Positions 1 to 8,211 are shown, numbered from the stretch's first letter. The stretch is DNA of 10,052 bases from a virus (IMGVR_UViG_2711768011_000003); one strand, 5' to 3'. Numbers and translations: made by a program. The notes: generated from the sequence alone by a model not told the origin.

Positions 1-22
1 ATCAAGAGCCTGTCCAATGTGC

Positions 23-59
23 ATAAAAAAATCCGGAAACAAGTGAGCGTTTCCGGATT
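23..59 (-). terminator. Rho-independent terminator immediately downstream of the portal gene
   Basis: Minus strand reads AATCCGGAAAC-GCTCACTT-GTTTCCGGATT followed by TTTTT: a perfect 11-bp stem, 8-nt loop and T-tract. The portal stop codon is at 92-94. Confidence 0.5.
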
Positions 60-91
60 CTTACACAGCCACTGGATCGGTCAACTGATCC

Positions 92-1248
92 TTAACTGAT
101 CGGCATTACACCACCGGGACGCGGATTCATATCTTCCAGGTCGCGGCAGTCATTGGAAGAGTAAATTCCCCAGTTGATCCCGGTGGCGTAGGCTTCAAAA
201 CGGGACTTCATATCCCCGCGCAGTAACGCCCCGGCGTTAAATTTGGCGTAATAAACGCCCTGCTTACTTTTTCGTACCAGTCCGGTGTTGATCCGCTGTT
301 CGATGCGGGTCAGATACGGCACCAGTGAATAGTTGATAAATCCCAGCCCCAGCTCTTCGATATTGTTGAAGGTGGCGCGATCGGTGTTCTGCACCATGTG
401 CAACGGCACCCGGAACAGACGACAGATTTCTTCCAGCTGAAACTTGCGGGTTTCCAGGAACTGACTGTCCTCGGCGTTCAGCGCCATCGACTTCCAGTCC
501 AGCCCCATTTCCAGAATCATCGGGCGGTGAGCATTGCCAAGCCCCGTGTGACACTCCTCAAAATCTTTCTTCAGACGCTCGTAAGCATCCGGCGTGAGCT
601 TTTGTTCCGTACGCAACACACCGGATGTCACCGCACCATTACTAAACAACCTGGCACCGTGCTCCTCGGTTGCCGCTGCCAGTGAAATGGCCTCACGCGC
701 ATACGCAATGGGATTCAGCCCGACAAGTCCATCCAGCGTCAGGGTGCGCACATGCCAGATTTCATTCTGGGTCAACACATCCACGGAACCATCCGGAAAC
801 GTCACCTGATAAACCGGCTGCCACTGGCTGTTCAGCTTCGGTTCCACACAGCCCGGATCTATCGGAAGAAGCTCCACCACTTCTCCCAGTGCCTTTACCT
901 TGTAGGCGTAAAAATTCCCCCGTAGACACAGGCAGACAATAACCAGCTCCCAGAATTCCTGCGGTGTCATGTAGCCATTAGGTTTTGCCGAAACCAACTT
1001 ATGCAGTCGTTCATCCACCGCCCGTGTTTTCAGGGTACCGCTGATTTTGTAGAGACTGCAGGGCAGCATACCAACAGACTCTGCCAGCACCCTGACGCAA
1101 GAATAGACCGCCGTCAGGCGCATGGCCCGCTGGCTACTGATCCGCTTTCCGGTATAGGTGTCGTATGACAGCCCGATAGCATCAGCAGTTCTGCTGGCGT
1201 GGTCACCGGCACATCGCTTTTTCGTTGAAATAATCCCGAAAAGAACAC
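92..1248 (-). CDS. Phage portal protein, HK97 family; 5' end unresolved (possible frameshift)
   Basis: The open frame 92-1339 (stop TAA at 92-94) translates to a protein with a portal-like conserved block (RAMRLTAVYSCVRVLAESVGMLP) in the usual position after the terminase large subunit. In this frame there is no ATG or GTG between the TTG at 1339 (no RBS, overlaps the upstream ORF) and the ATG at 1121-1123. A GTG at 1246-1248 with a GGAGG RBS lies in a different frame and stops at 1114-1116. The start given is that GTG and is provisional. Confidence 0.7.
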
Positions 1249-1430
1249 TATTTACCTCCGCCGACAGACTGCCGTGTACGGTCGAGATATCGCGCCACCA
1301 GCCACGACCAGAACAGGCACAGCGCCCCGGCAACAACAAAACCCGCCGGGGGATAAATCAGCCAGGCACCATACGCCAGCAAAAGCGCACCCAGCACGCC
1401 CACCAGAGGCGCGAGAATCAGCATGATCAT
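1248..1430 (-). CDS. Small hydrophobic (predicted 2-TM) membrane protein, function unknown
   Basis: ATG at 1428-1430 with a GAGGT RBS 4 nt upstream; 60 aa, strongly hydrophobic ([49 protein letters not shown]...). The stop TAG at 1248-1250 overlaps the GTG at 1246-1248 (TAGTG). It sits between the terminase large subunit and the portal gene. Confidence 0.5.
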   Translation of the reverse strand: MIMLILAPLVGVLGALLLAYGAWLIYPPAGFVVAGALCLFWSWLVARYLDRTRQSVGGGK

Positions 1431-1441
1431 AATTACCTCAG

Positions 1442-3175
1442 TTAAAGCGAGCGGATCCCGTAGGACTCAATGTGGTCAGACAGCGTGTCTTCTTTCTCGT
1501 ACAGCATGGCTCTGCCAACCGCCATAATCAGCGCAACTGCACCATCGATTTTGTTTTCCGCCTGCTCTTTGACGGGTTTCACCACATCATCGTTACCCGG
1601 CATGTTTTTGCCGACCACGTTGCCGATACACCAGGTCATGATGGGATTGCCGTCATGATGAAAACGTCCCGATTCAATCGCTGCTTCCAGCTCTTTCATC
1701 GGATCGGACATATTGGTGAAGTTCTGGACGATAGTGACGGGATTCAGGTCTTCATCAGCAAGGTCATGTGACAACCCGGTCGCCCCGAAGGGGTCGATGG
1801 GTGACTCACTGACCGGGCTGATTTTGTTCGCCGCTTTGGCCTCCTCGAGGATGTAGCGATAATCCACCTCCGCACCATCGGTAACGGTCAGAACGCCCAT
1901 TTCCACCCATTTCTGAAAGCGTTCGGCTGTCCGTCGATCTTCATTTTTCTCGACGCTGTACACCGTGTCATACGGTACCCAGAAACGCGGGGCCACACTG
2001 TAGTAATGCGTTTTACCGTCAATCTCGCGGGTATAAAGTCGCGCCATGCTGTTCATATCCAGCTTACGCGCCAGGTCAAAGGCCAGAATGCACGGCTGCC
2101 CCTCGAACTGCTCAAGGGTCAGTGATTTATCCTCGCAGCTCTGCCAGCTCACCAAGTTGAAATACGCCGAACGCGCCGACACCCAGATATTGAGGTGTTT
2201 TGTTTTAAAGACGTTTGCCAGACGGGCGTTATTTTTCGCACGCTGCTGCTGACTTAACAAAAATTCGCGATAAACCGACACGCCAATATTTGGATTGGCT
2301 TTTTCCAGCACCTGCGGGCCGGTCCAGTCGTCACCTTCATCAACGGTATAGATGATCCCGAACAGTTCATCGTTAGGCACCGAGCCGTTGAGCATCTCGA
2401 TGACTTCCCGCCGCTTGTCGTAGCACGGCCCCTCAATGTTGTACCCGGCGGTGGTGATGGCCCACATCAGTGGCTGACGTCGCGCCCCCATCCCGGTAAG
2501 CATTGTGGTATAAAGCGCATCGGTGGCATGCTCGTGATATTCATCAACCACGGCACAGTGGGGTGATGAACCATCACCTGGGTTGCCGATCAGCGGTTCA
2601 AACCGCGCGCCATCCTCCGGACGGTTCATGTTTGAGGCGTTAACCTCAATCCCGAACGCTTCCGTCAGCATGGGTGTGCGTTTACACATCAGTCGCGCCG
2701 GGCGAAAGACTTCCCACGCCTGTTTCTCTGTCGTGGCACCGGAATACACTTCCGCGCCAAACTCGTTATCACAGGCAAAACAATACAGGGCAACACCGGC
2801 AGAGATTGCTGATTTGCCGTTCTTACGGGGGATTTCGGTGTACACCTCCCGGAAGCGGCGCAACCGGGTGCCTTTATTGACCCAGCCAAACGCACAGCAG
2901 ATCACAAATAGCTGCCACGGCTCCAGCGTGATGGGCATCCGTTTGAATGCCCACTCCCCCTTGGTGTGCGGCAACAGCTGAATAAATTTCGCGGCCCGTT
3001 CAGCCAGGTCCTTGTCGAAGCGGTAACGAAACGACTTACTTTTTTCCGCCATCAGGTCATCAAGATGGCGCTGGCAGGCCTGAATCACAAACTGGCAGGC
3101 AACAATCTTTCCGCGCACGACATCCCGGGCATACTGATTTGCAGCATTTACGTTGGGGTAAGATTTCCGGCTCAT
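1442..3175 (-). CDS. Terminase large subunit
   Basis: 577-aa ORF with a Walker-A-like IPRKNGKS motif and overall terminase large subunit character. The ATG at 3173-3175 overlaps the small-subunit stop (ATGA). Gene order is small subunit, large subunit, portal. Confidence 0.9.
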   Translation of the reverse strand: MSRKSYPNVNAANQYARDVVRGKIVACQFVIQACQRHLDDLMAEKSKSFRYRFDKDLAERAAKFIQLLPHTKGEWAFKRMPITLEPWQLFVICCAFGWVNKGTRLRRFREVYTEIPRKNGKSAISAGVALYCFACDNEFGAEVYSGATTEKQAWEVFRPARLMCKRTPMLTEAFGIEVNASNMNRPEDGARFEPLIGNPGDGSSPHCAVVDEYHEHATDALYTTMLTGMGARRQPLMWAITTAGYNIEGPCYDKRREVIEMLNGSVPNDELFGIIYTVDEGDDWTGPQVLEKANPNIGVSVYREFLLSQQQRAKNNARLANVFKTKHLNIWVSARSAYFNLVSWQSCEDKSLTLEQFEGQPCILAFDLARKLDMNSMARLYTREIDGKTHYYSVAPRFWVPYDTVYSVEKNEDRRTAERFQKWVEMGVLTVTDGAEVDYRYILEEAKAANKISPVSESPIDPFGATGLSHDLADEDLNPVTIVQNFTNMSDPMKELEAAIESGRFHHDGNPIMTWCIGNVVGKNMPGNDDVVKPVKEQAENKIDGAVALIMAVGRAMLYEKEDTLSDHIESYGIRSL

Positions 3176-3666
3176 GATTCGATAATTTTCAGAAACGGGT
3201 TAGTGGCTTTCTTCTGCCCCGCCAGGCCAATCAGACGCTGGCGGCTGCTGGGGTCGAGTCCGAGCATTGCCCCCGTGCTGCTCATCTCGGACTCCTGTTC
3301 TTTTTTGGCGGTCAGCTCCGGATTTTTGACCCTGCCGCCCATTGCACCGGTGATGGTGTTGCCCTGTATGGCAATATTTTTCACGGCACGTCGCCAGAAC
3401 TCATAGGCCACGCACCACCGCTCAAGTACCGCCAGGTCAGTCACGCACAGCAGGCCCTGACCGCAGAGTTCTTTGGTTGTCAGTTGCCACATGATCGTGG
3501 CGAGAGGGAGATCTTCTTCAGCGAACCACTCTGGTGGCTCAACACCTTTGATGGGCGTAAAAACAGGTTCATCTTTGTTCAGGGCTCGCTTGCCGGGGTT
3601 TCCGGCCAGCGCCTTGCGCGCCGTTGGCTTGGGGCGACGCCCGGAACGCCCCGCCGTTCCAGCCAT
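3172..3666 (-). CDS. Terminase small subunit (P27-family-like)
   Basis: ORF immediately upstream of and overlapping the large subunit. Basic N-terminus ([22 protein letters not shown]) typical of P27-type small subunits. Start taken as the ATG at 3664-3666 with an AGGAG RBS 8 nt upstream; the ORF-track start at 3675 is a GTG. Confidence 0.8.
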   Translation of the reverse strand: MAGTAGRSGRRPKPTARKALAGNPGKRALNKDEPVFTPIKGVEPPEWFAEEDLPLATIMWQLTTKELCGQGLLCVTDLAVLERWCVAYEFWRRAVKNIAIQGNTITGAMGGRVKNPELTAKKEQESEMSSTGAMLGLDPSSRQRLIGLAGQKKATNPFLKIIES

Positions 3667-3703
3667 ATGCGGCACTCCTGGTTAAATTTCATTTTTCGCG
3701 GGT

Positions 3704-3765
3704 ATAAAAAAACGATGGGGCGGGCAGTCCGGAAGACGTCAGGTCACAGGGATTTGCCCCGCCCC
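3704..3765 (-). terminator. GC-rich inverted repeat with T-tract between HNH and the small terminase subunit; terminator-like, region of the probable cos site
   Basis: GGGGCGGGCAG (3717-3727) and TGCCCCGCCCC (3755-3765) form an imperfect inverted repeat around a 27-nt spacer containing GACGTC. On the minus strand the stem is followed 4 nt later by TTTTTTT (plus-strand A-run 3706-3712). Confidence 0.3.
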
Positions 3766-3787
3766 TCCCTACAAGTGAGAATAATTA

Positions 3788-4138
3788 TCACCGGATTCGT
3801 TCGCGCGCTGTTTTCGCTTTATGGCAGGGCCAGCACAGACTCTGCAGGTTGCTGTCTGCGTCTGTTCCGCCATGCGCTTTCGGGATGATGTGGTCGACGG
3901 TTTTCGCCTCGCTCACCACACCGACACGCAGACACAACTGACACAGACCTTTATCGCGCTTCAGAATACGGGCACGAATCACCGTCCATTTTGAGCCATA
4001 GCCACGCTGGTGGCGGCTCAGTCCGCGCTGGTGCTGCACCCAGCCTTCACCGCGATGTTTATCGCAGTAACCCGAACTGTCTGTGGTTGTACCTGCACAT
4101 CCACGCTTACGGCAGGCACGTGGGATTAGTGATGGCAT
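3788..4138 (-). CDS. HNH endonuclease (terminase-associated)
   Basis: 116 aa, Cys-rich, with an HNH motif (VDHIIPKAHGGTDADSNLQSLCWPCHKAK). ATG at 4136-4138 with a GAGGT RBS. Located directly upstream of the terminase genes, as in HK97-like packaging modules. Confidence 0.85.
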   Translation of the reverse strand: MPSLIPRACRKRGCAGTTTDSSGYCDKHRGEGWVQHQRGLSRHQRGYGSKWTVIRARILKRDKGLCQLCLRVGVVSEAKTVDHIIPKAHGGTDADSNLQSLCWPCHKAKTARERIR

Positions 4139-4180
4139 AAATACCTCATACCCTGCGAAATGTTTACCACGATAAAAAGG

Positions 4181-4645
4181 CTACTTAATGCACTGAGTGC
4201 GGATATACTCCTGTGCCCCTTCCAGTTGCATCTGCATCGTCATCAGCCGCTCTCTGAGGGTGAAATAATCCCGTTCAGCGGTGTCTGCCAGTCGGGGGCT
4301 GGTTGCATTATCCACGCCGGAGGCGGTGGTGGCTTCACGCACTGACTGACAGACTGCTTTGATGTGCAACCGACGACGACCAGCGGCAACATCAGCGCGC
4401 AGAGTTTCATTTTCAGCTTTCGCATCAGCTAACTCCTTCGTGTATTTAGCATCGAGTGCATTAACATCACGCTGTCTCTGCTGCATGTCAGTAATGGTTG
4501 CGTTCGCCAGCTTCAGTTCTCTTGCGTTTTTGTCGCGCTGCTCTTTGTAGGTAATGGCGTTATCACGGTAATGATTAACAGCCCATGACAGGCAGACGAT
4601 GATGCAGATAACCAGAGCGGAGATAATCGCGGTGACTCTGCTCAT
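4181..4645 (-). CDS. Rz: Spanin inner-membrane subunit Rz (i-spanin)
   Basis: The translation from [29 protein letters not shown] onward closely matches lambda Rz as I recall it. The ATG at 4643-4645 overlaps the endolysin stop (ATGA). The ORF-track start at 4657 adds 4 residues upstream and is probably not used. Confidence 0.9.
   Translation of the reverse strand: MSRVTAIISALVICIIVCLSWAVNHYRDNAITYKEQRDKNARELKLANATITDMQQRQRDVNALDAKYTKELADAKAENETLRADVAAGRRRLHIKAVCQSVREATTASGVDNATSPRLADTAERDYFTLRERLMTMQMQLEGAQEYIRTQCIK
4243..4425 (-). CDS. Rz1: Spanin outer-membrane lipoprotein Rz1 (o-spanin), embedded in Rz in another frame
   Basis: 60 aa with a lipobox (LVVVGC) and a proline-rich stretch ([29 protein letters not shown]), very similar to lambda Rz1. 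ATG at 4423-4425. Fully nested inside Rz. Confidence 0.85.
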   Translation of the reverse strand: MRKLKMKLCALMLPLVVVGCTSKQSVSQCVKPPPPPAWIMQPAPDWQTPLNGIISPSESG

Positions 4646-5139
4646 TGCTGCCCCCACAAACAGACTTCACGCTCAATCTCACGACGGGTCATCAGCCCTT
4701 TCCATTGCTTACCGCCAGCATATGTCCAGCGACGTAGCTGGTCACATGCGCCTTTGATATCGCCCTGGTTTATTTTGCGAAGAAGCGTCGATGTTCTGAA
4801 ATTGCCAGCGCCCACGTTGTAAACGAACGAGTAAAGAGCGCCGCGCGTTGTTTCCGGTATATCGACTTTGATGTACGGGTTAATTTGTCTGGCGACAGTG
4901 GCAAGGTCTTTATTCAGGAGGGCTTTGCATTCTGCTTCGGTATACGTTTTACCGAGCATGATGTCTTTTCCGGTGTGTCCGTGACATACAGTCCATACAC
5001 CAATGATATCTTTGTATGGTATGTAGCTGACACCTTCCAGACCATCGTTACCACCTGGGCCAGTGATTAACACAGATGCTATAGCAACAGCCCCACCACC
5101 AATAGCAGCTGCAACAGCCTTGCGTAATGATGGCGACAT
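4642..5139 (-). CDS. R: SAR endolysin (phage-21 R / RrrD-like lysozyme)
   Basis: 165 aa with an N-terminal Gly/Ala-rich signal-anchor-release segment ([20 protein letters not shown]) followed by a lysozyme domain ([25 protein letters not shown]...). ATG at 5137-5139 overlaps the holin stop. Confidence 0.9.
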   Translation of the reverse strand: MSPSLRKAVAAAIGGGAVAIASVLITGPGGNDGLEGVSYIPYKDIIGVWTVCHGHTGKDIMLGKTYTEAECKALLNKDLATVARQINPYIKVDIPETTRGALYSFVYNVGAGNFRTSTLLRKINQGDIKGACDQLRRWTYAGGKQWKGLMTRREIEREVCLWGQQ

Positions 5140-5318
5140 TATTCACCTCTCGCAGCCTTACGCTTGTCTTCTCTTATTTTGAAATACAGATTTGTCAGAT
5201 AAGTCAGAAGCCCCAGAAGCAGACTTCCCAGCACACCAATCGCAGCCCACTGTGATGGACTGACCTGATCCAACCACTGCAAAAACCAGTAGCCGGCACT
5301 GCCGGCGGAGGTGCCGTA
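5139..5318 (-). CDS. S: Pinholin, S21-like; 5' end truncated by the assembly gap
   Basis: The readable 59 codons ([59 protein letters not shown], stop TAA at 5139-5141) match the phage 21 pinholin as I recall it. About 9 N-terminal codons fall inside the N-run. Confidence 0.8.
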   Translation of the reverse strand, partial: YGTSAGSAGYWFLQWLDQVSPSQWAAIGVLGSLLLGLLTYLTNLYFKIREDKRKAARGE

Positions 5319-5856
5319 NNNNNNNNNNNNNNNNNNNNNNNNNNNNNNNNNNNNNNNNNNNNNNNNNNNNNNNNNNNNNNNNNNNNNNNNNNNNNNNNNN
5401 NNNNNNNNNNNNNNNNNNNNNNNNNNNNNNNNNNNNNNNNNNNNNNNNNNNNNNNNNNNNNNNNNNNNNNNNNNNNNNNNNNNNNNNNNNNNNNNNNNNN
5501 NNNNNNNNNNNNNNNNNNNNNNNNNNNNNNNNNNNNNNNNNNNNNNNNNNNNNNNNNNNNNNNNNNNNNNNNNNNNNNNNNNNNNNNNNNNNNNNNNNNN
5601 NNNNNNNNNNNNNNNNNNNNNNNNNNNNNNNNNNNNNNNNNNNNNNNNNNNNNNNNNNNNNNNNNNNNNNNNNNNNNNNNNNNNNNNNNNNNNNNNNNNN
5701 NNNNNNNNNNNNNNNNNNNNNNNNNNNNNNNNNNNNNNNNNNNNNNNNNNNNNNNNNNNNNNNNNNNNNNNNNNNNNNNNNNNNNNNNNNNNNNNNNNNN
5801 NNNNNNNNNNNNNNNNNNNNNNNNNNNNNNNNNNNNNNNNNNNNNNNNNNNNNNNN
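5319..5856. other. Assembly gap (run of 538 N)
   Basis: Contiguous N characters. The ORF-track entries crossing it are poly-X artefacts. Confidence 0.99.
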
Positions 5857-5919
5857 GAGTCAGACATTCCCACACAATATTGTGTCAGTGCAAATAACAA
5901 CCTTCGTCTCAAATCTCGC

Positions 5920-5994
<75 letters not shown>

Positions 5995-5997
5995 ATA

Positions 5998-6073
<76 letters not shown>

Positions 6074-6075
6074 GC

Positions 6076-6152
6076 TGGCCCACCACCGAGGACTCGAACC
6101 TCGCACCGTCAACTTAGAAGGTTGATGCTCTATCCGGATGAGCTAGTGGTGG
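6076..6152 (-). tRNA. tRNA-Arg (anticodon UCU)
   Basis: CCACCACTAGCTCATCCGGATAGAGCATCAACCTTCTAAGTTGACGGTGCGAGGTTCGAGTCCTCGGTGGTGGGCCA. Perfect 7-bp acceptor stem with an unusual C1:G72 pair, D-stem GCTC/GAGC, anticodon loop CTTCTAA, T-loop TTCGAGT, CCA. Confidence 0.8.
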
Positions 6153-6153
6153 T

Positions 6154-6230
6154 TGGTGGCCCTTGCTGGACTTGAACCAGCGACCTGGCGATTATGAGTC
6201 GCTCGCTCTGACCAACTGAGCTAAAGGGCC
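6154..6230 (-). tRNA. tRNA with CAU anticodon; probably tRNA-Ile2 (lysidine), which software may call tRNA-Met
   Basis: GGCCCTTTAGCTCAGTTGGTCAGAGCGAGCGACTCATAATCGCCAGGTCGCTGGTTCAAGTCCAGCAAGGGCCACCA. Acceptor stem GGCCCTT/AAGGGCC, anticodon loop CTCATAA, A73, CCA. Strong resemblance to E. coli ileX/ileY-type tRNA as I recall it. Confidence 0.8.
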
Positions 6231-6239
6231 GGAGGCAGA

Positions 6240-6268
6240 ATAATAACCATATGTCATCACATCTGCAA
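6240..6268 (-). promoter_or_regulatory. Candidate sigma70 promoter for the tRNA array
   Basis: Minus strand: TTGCAG (-35, 6263-6268), a 17-nt spacer, TATTAT (-10, 6240-6245), then 9 nt to the first tRNA 5' end at 6230. Confidence 0.35.
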
Positions 6269-6318
6269 ACTCATCTGACCACCAGCACGTTTAACGTCCT
6301 GTGCCGTTTTTCAGGTAT

Positions 6319-6344
6319 AAAAAAACCCGCTCATCGGCGGGTTT
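6319..6344 (-). terminator. Rho-independent terminator downstream of the ORF6N-domain gene
   Basis: Minus strand: AAACCCGC-CGATGA-GCGGGTTT followed by a T-run of 7 in total. It lies about 75 nt after the stop at 6420-6422. Confidence 0.5.
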
Positions 6345-6419
6345 AAGCTGTGTGGCGTAGTAACCACTCTTAACAGGATATTCAACTTTTTACGATCGTA
6401 AAGTTTTCGGAAAAAATTT

Positions 6420-6983
6420 TTAAAACCGCATCAACCGCTCCACCAGTTGCTCTTTACGGGCAACGATCCACCCGTGTTGCTCCAGATAAAATTTAAACCG
6501 TTCCAGAGTACATACCATCGCATCGGCGGGTACCTTTTCCGTGAACTCAACCTGACCGTGTTTATCGAAGTGGCTCAGTAATGCGCATCCATCATTTTCG
6601 ATAGATGTGTTTTGTGCCGCTGGTGGCTGTTTCTGGTTGAAATAACAGTCTTCCAGTTTTTCGAACACTTCCCACGCCTGATCGGTTTCGAGCATTTTGG
6701 CGTGACGGGCTGCGCCACGTTCTGTCCAGAGGATGAGGGAGCGAACGTTACGGGCAATTTTCACAGAAACTCTTAAAGAGTTTTCGTTCTTCAACTCTCG
6801 TAACGCATCACCTTCTATCAGGAAAAAATGTTTACCTTCTATAAACCGTTCTTTGTTTCGATTGAAATTGTTTGTCAAACGCTGGCGCTCTGTTCCGTAC
6901 AAATCAGCCAGCAGCTCTGTTGTCATGACAGGAAGATGGTTATGCGTAAGTGACGGGAGTTTTTCAATAGACGTGCGATTCAT
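6420..6983 (-). CDS. ORF6N-domain protein (antirepressor-like DNA-binding family); cargo gene between Q and the lysis cassette
   Basis: The N-terminal part (TTELLADLYGTERQRLTNNFNRNKERFIEGKHFFLIEGDALRELK) fits the ORF6N-domain pattern as I remember it; the C-terminal half is unassigned. Start taken as the ATG at 6981-6983 with an AAGGA RBS 7 nt upstream; the ATG at 6987-6989 is an alternative. The ORF-track extension to 7181 starts with GTG and looks non-coding. Confidence 0.6.
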   Translation of the reverse strand: MNRTSIEKLPSLTHNHLPVMTTELLADLYGTERQRLTNNFNRNKERFIEGKHFFLIEGDALRELKNENSLRVSVKIARNVRSLILWTERGAARHAKMLETDQAWEVFEKLEDCYFNQKQPPAAQNTSIENDGCALLSHFDKHGQVEFTEKVPADAMVCTLERFKFYLEQHGWIVARKEQLVERLMRF

Positions 6984-7189
6984 AGACATGTCCTTTCGAA
7001 TATTTTGATTTACCCCTTTTGAGAGGGTGACCGGGCGCTCAAAACCGTCGAAAGTCGGCGGGCGTATTTCCATTGCTGGTATTGTATTAGCCGCACACCC
7101 GGTCATAAACCAAGAATTCTGGACACAAAAAAACCACATGGCTATCGGGTGTGGATACCGCTTTCGAGGTGTTTTGAGCACCGCGGGGA

Positions 7190-7218
7190 AATGTAAACTG
7201 CAAACCTGAAACTGTCAA
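7190..7218 (-). promoter_or_regulatory. Candidate sigma70 promoter upstream of the ORF6N-domain gene
   Basis: Minus strand: consensus TTGACA (7213-7218), a 17-nt spacer, TACATT (7190-7195). This would give a leader of about 200 nt. Confidence 0.25.
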
Positions 7219-7342
7219 CACCGTCAGGTTCCAATCATCGGGTGGTGAGACGCACAGGGTTGGAACTACCGGGAAACCGACCGGCGAGCTTTTCAGCTCC
7301 CCCATGCGCCCCACCATAATTCAGATGTGCGCGTGCATACGA

Positions 7343-7368
7343 CAATAAAAAACACGCTCGCGGCGTGT
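7343..7368 (-). terminator. tR'-like intrinsic terminator downstream of the late promoter
   Basis: Minus strand: ACACGC-CGCGA-GCGTGT followed by TTTTTTATT. It lies about 80 nt downstream of the predicted PR' start site. Confidence 0.5.
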
Positions 7369-7429
7369 GTCTGTCGCGGTCTCTATCCGGGGTTCCAATC
7401 CCGACGCCAGATTTTGCTGGCGCGTGAGG

Positions 7430-7459
7430 AATATAGCCCCGGACAATGTGTCTGGTCAA
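7430..7459 (-). promoter_or_regulatory. PR'-like late promoter (with presumptive qut region) immediately after Q
   Basis: Minus strand: TTGACC (-35, 7454-7459), an 18-nt spacer, TATATT (-10, 7430-7435). It begins 5 nt after the Q stop at 7464-7466, as in lambdoid late control regions. Confidence 0.45.
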
Positions 7460-7463
7460 GCAC

Positions 7464-7850
7464 CTACATAATTCGTTCTACGTATCTGTCCATCTCCAGC
7501 CGGATATCAAGCATCATCAACATGCCATCAATAACCCCTTCCGCTTTCTGCAGGCGCTTGCCAATACAGGTATCCGAACACCCATGTTTCCGTGCCAGAC
7601 TCATAAAAGTCATTCCACCTACGTAATAATCCACCAGCAAATCGTGCAAATCCTGATTTTTCTTGTTCAACCGGGCCATACAGCCACAAATTATCATTGC
7701 ATCATCATCAGAACACTGAGGGCGTGATTTCACTTTCGACGGAATTAACCCTTTAAAACCAGCAGCGATCGACGCCCAGGATACATCTTCATGAGTGTTT
7801 GCAGCCCAAGCCCCCCACCGTTCCATAACCTGCTGAATATCACGCGCCAT
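7464..7850 (-). CDS. Q: Late-gene antitermination protein Q (phage 21/82-type, QuuD-like)
   Basis: The translation from [61 protein letters not shown] onward closely resembles E. coli prophage Q-like antiterminators as I recall them. ATG at 7848-7850 with an AGGTGA RBS; stop TAG at 7464-7466. It overlaps the RusA 3' end by 11 nt. Confidence 0.85.
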   Translation of the reverse strand: MARDIQQVMERWGAWAANTHEDVSWASIAAGFKGLIPSKVKSRPQCSDDDAMIICGCMARLNKKNQDLHDLLVDYYVGGMTFMSLARKHGCSDTCIGKRLQKAEGVIDGMLMMLDIRLEMDRYVERIM

Positions 7851-8211
7851 CGTTATCACCTGTGATTTCATAAATCTTCACGCCCAGTCGCCCACCAGGA
7901 ACGAGCTGACCGCGCACAATATTGATTTCATCAAACTGCTCGTCGTCTATGAGTAGTCCGGCATGCGTCAGCGCATCCAGTGGTGCTTTCAGGATATTGT
8001 CCAGGTCACGACGGCGCTTATCCGGTGGCTCTGCAATAATCTTTATCGCCAGCCTTCCGGACAGGTTTAATTTCAGCCGCTGCTGGCGAACAATTAGCGT
8101 CACATCACGGCGATAACGCTCACCAACTTTTGATACAAAATATGTGCTGCCACGACGTCGCCAGTAAGTATTCACCGTCGGCGGATAAGGTAAAATAAAC
8201 TCATGGCGCAT
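7840..8211 (-). CDS. rusA: Holliday-junction resolvase RusA
   Basis: 123 aa with the RusA signature ([31 protein letters not shown]). The ATG at 8209-8211 overlaps the upstream stop (ATGA). Confidence 0.85.
   Translation of the reverse strand: MRHEFILPYPPTVNTYWRRRGSTYFVSKVGERYRRDVTLIVRQQRLKLNLSGRLAIKIIAEPPDKRRRDLDNILKAPLDALTHAGLLIDDEQFDEINIVRGQLVPGGRLGVKIYEITGDNDGA

Noticed and set aside
1-24. Possible minus-strand gene start (ATG at 22-24, MHIGQALD...) after the portal terminator
   Set aside because: Only 8 codons are visible, the ATG follows the T-tract directly with no RBS, and it cannot be evaluated within this window.
398-942. Plus-strand ORFs 398-685, 594-809 and 670-942, and minus-strand ORF 264-554
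   Set aside because: All lie inside the well-supported portal gene in other frames or antisense, with Pro/Arg/Ser-rich translations typical of shadow ORFs in GC-rich coding sequence.
1339-1339. TTG at 1337-1339 as the portal start (415-aa version)
   Set aside because: It has no RBS and would overlap the protein-like small membrane ORF by about 90 nt. The first 28 residues ([16 protein letters not shown]...) do not look protein-like.
1470-3406. Plus-strand ORFs 1470-1658, 1472-1771, 2046-2252, 2583-2981, 2674-2880 and 2966-3406, and minus-strand ORFs 2254-2436 and 2689-2895
   Set aside because: They are antisense or alternative-frame ORFs inside the terminase genes, with no start context or recognisable content.
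3473-3888. Plus-strand ORFs 3473-3685 and 3484-3888 spanning the small terminase subunit and HNH region
   Set aside because: They are antisense to two supported genes and cross the intergenic cos/terminator region. The translations are Arg/Gly-rich low-complexity sequence.
4160-5070. Plus-strand ORFs 4160-4345, 4359-4550 and 4885-5070
   Set aside because: They are antisense to Rz/Rz1 and the endolysin. No independent support.
6575-7008. Minus-strand ORF 6575-6757 and plus-strand ORFs 6733-7008 and 7027-7209
   Set aside because: They overlap the ORF6N-domain gene or its leader in other frames or antisense.
6984-7181. N-terminal extension of the ORF6N-domain ORF to 7181, and the minus-strand ORFs 7087-7317 and 7235-7459
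   Set aside because: The extension starts with GTG and its translation (MWFFCVQNSWFMTGCAAN...) is not protein-like. The region instead contains the candidate promoter and the tR' terminator. ATGs with an RBS occur at 6983 and 6989.
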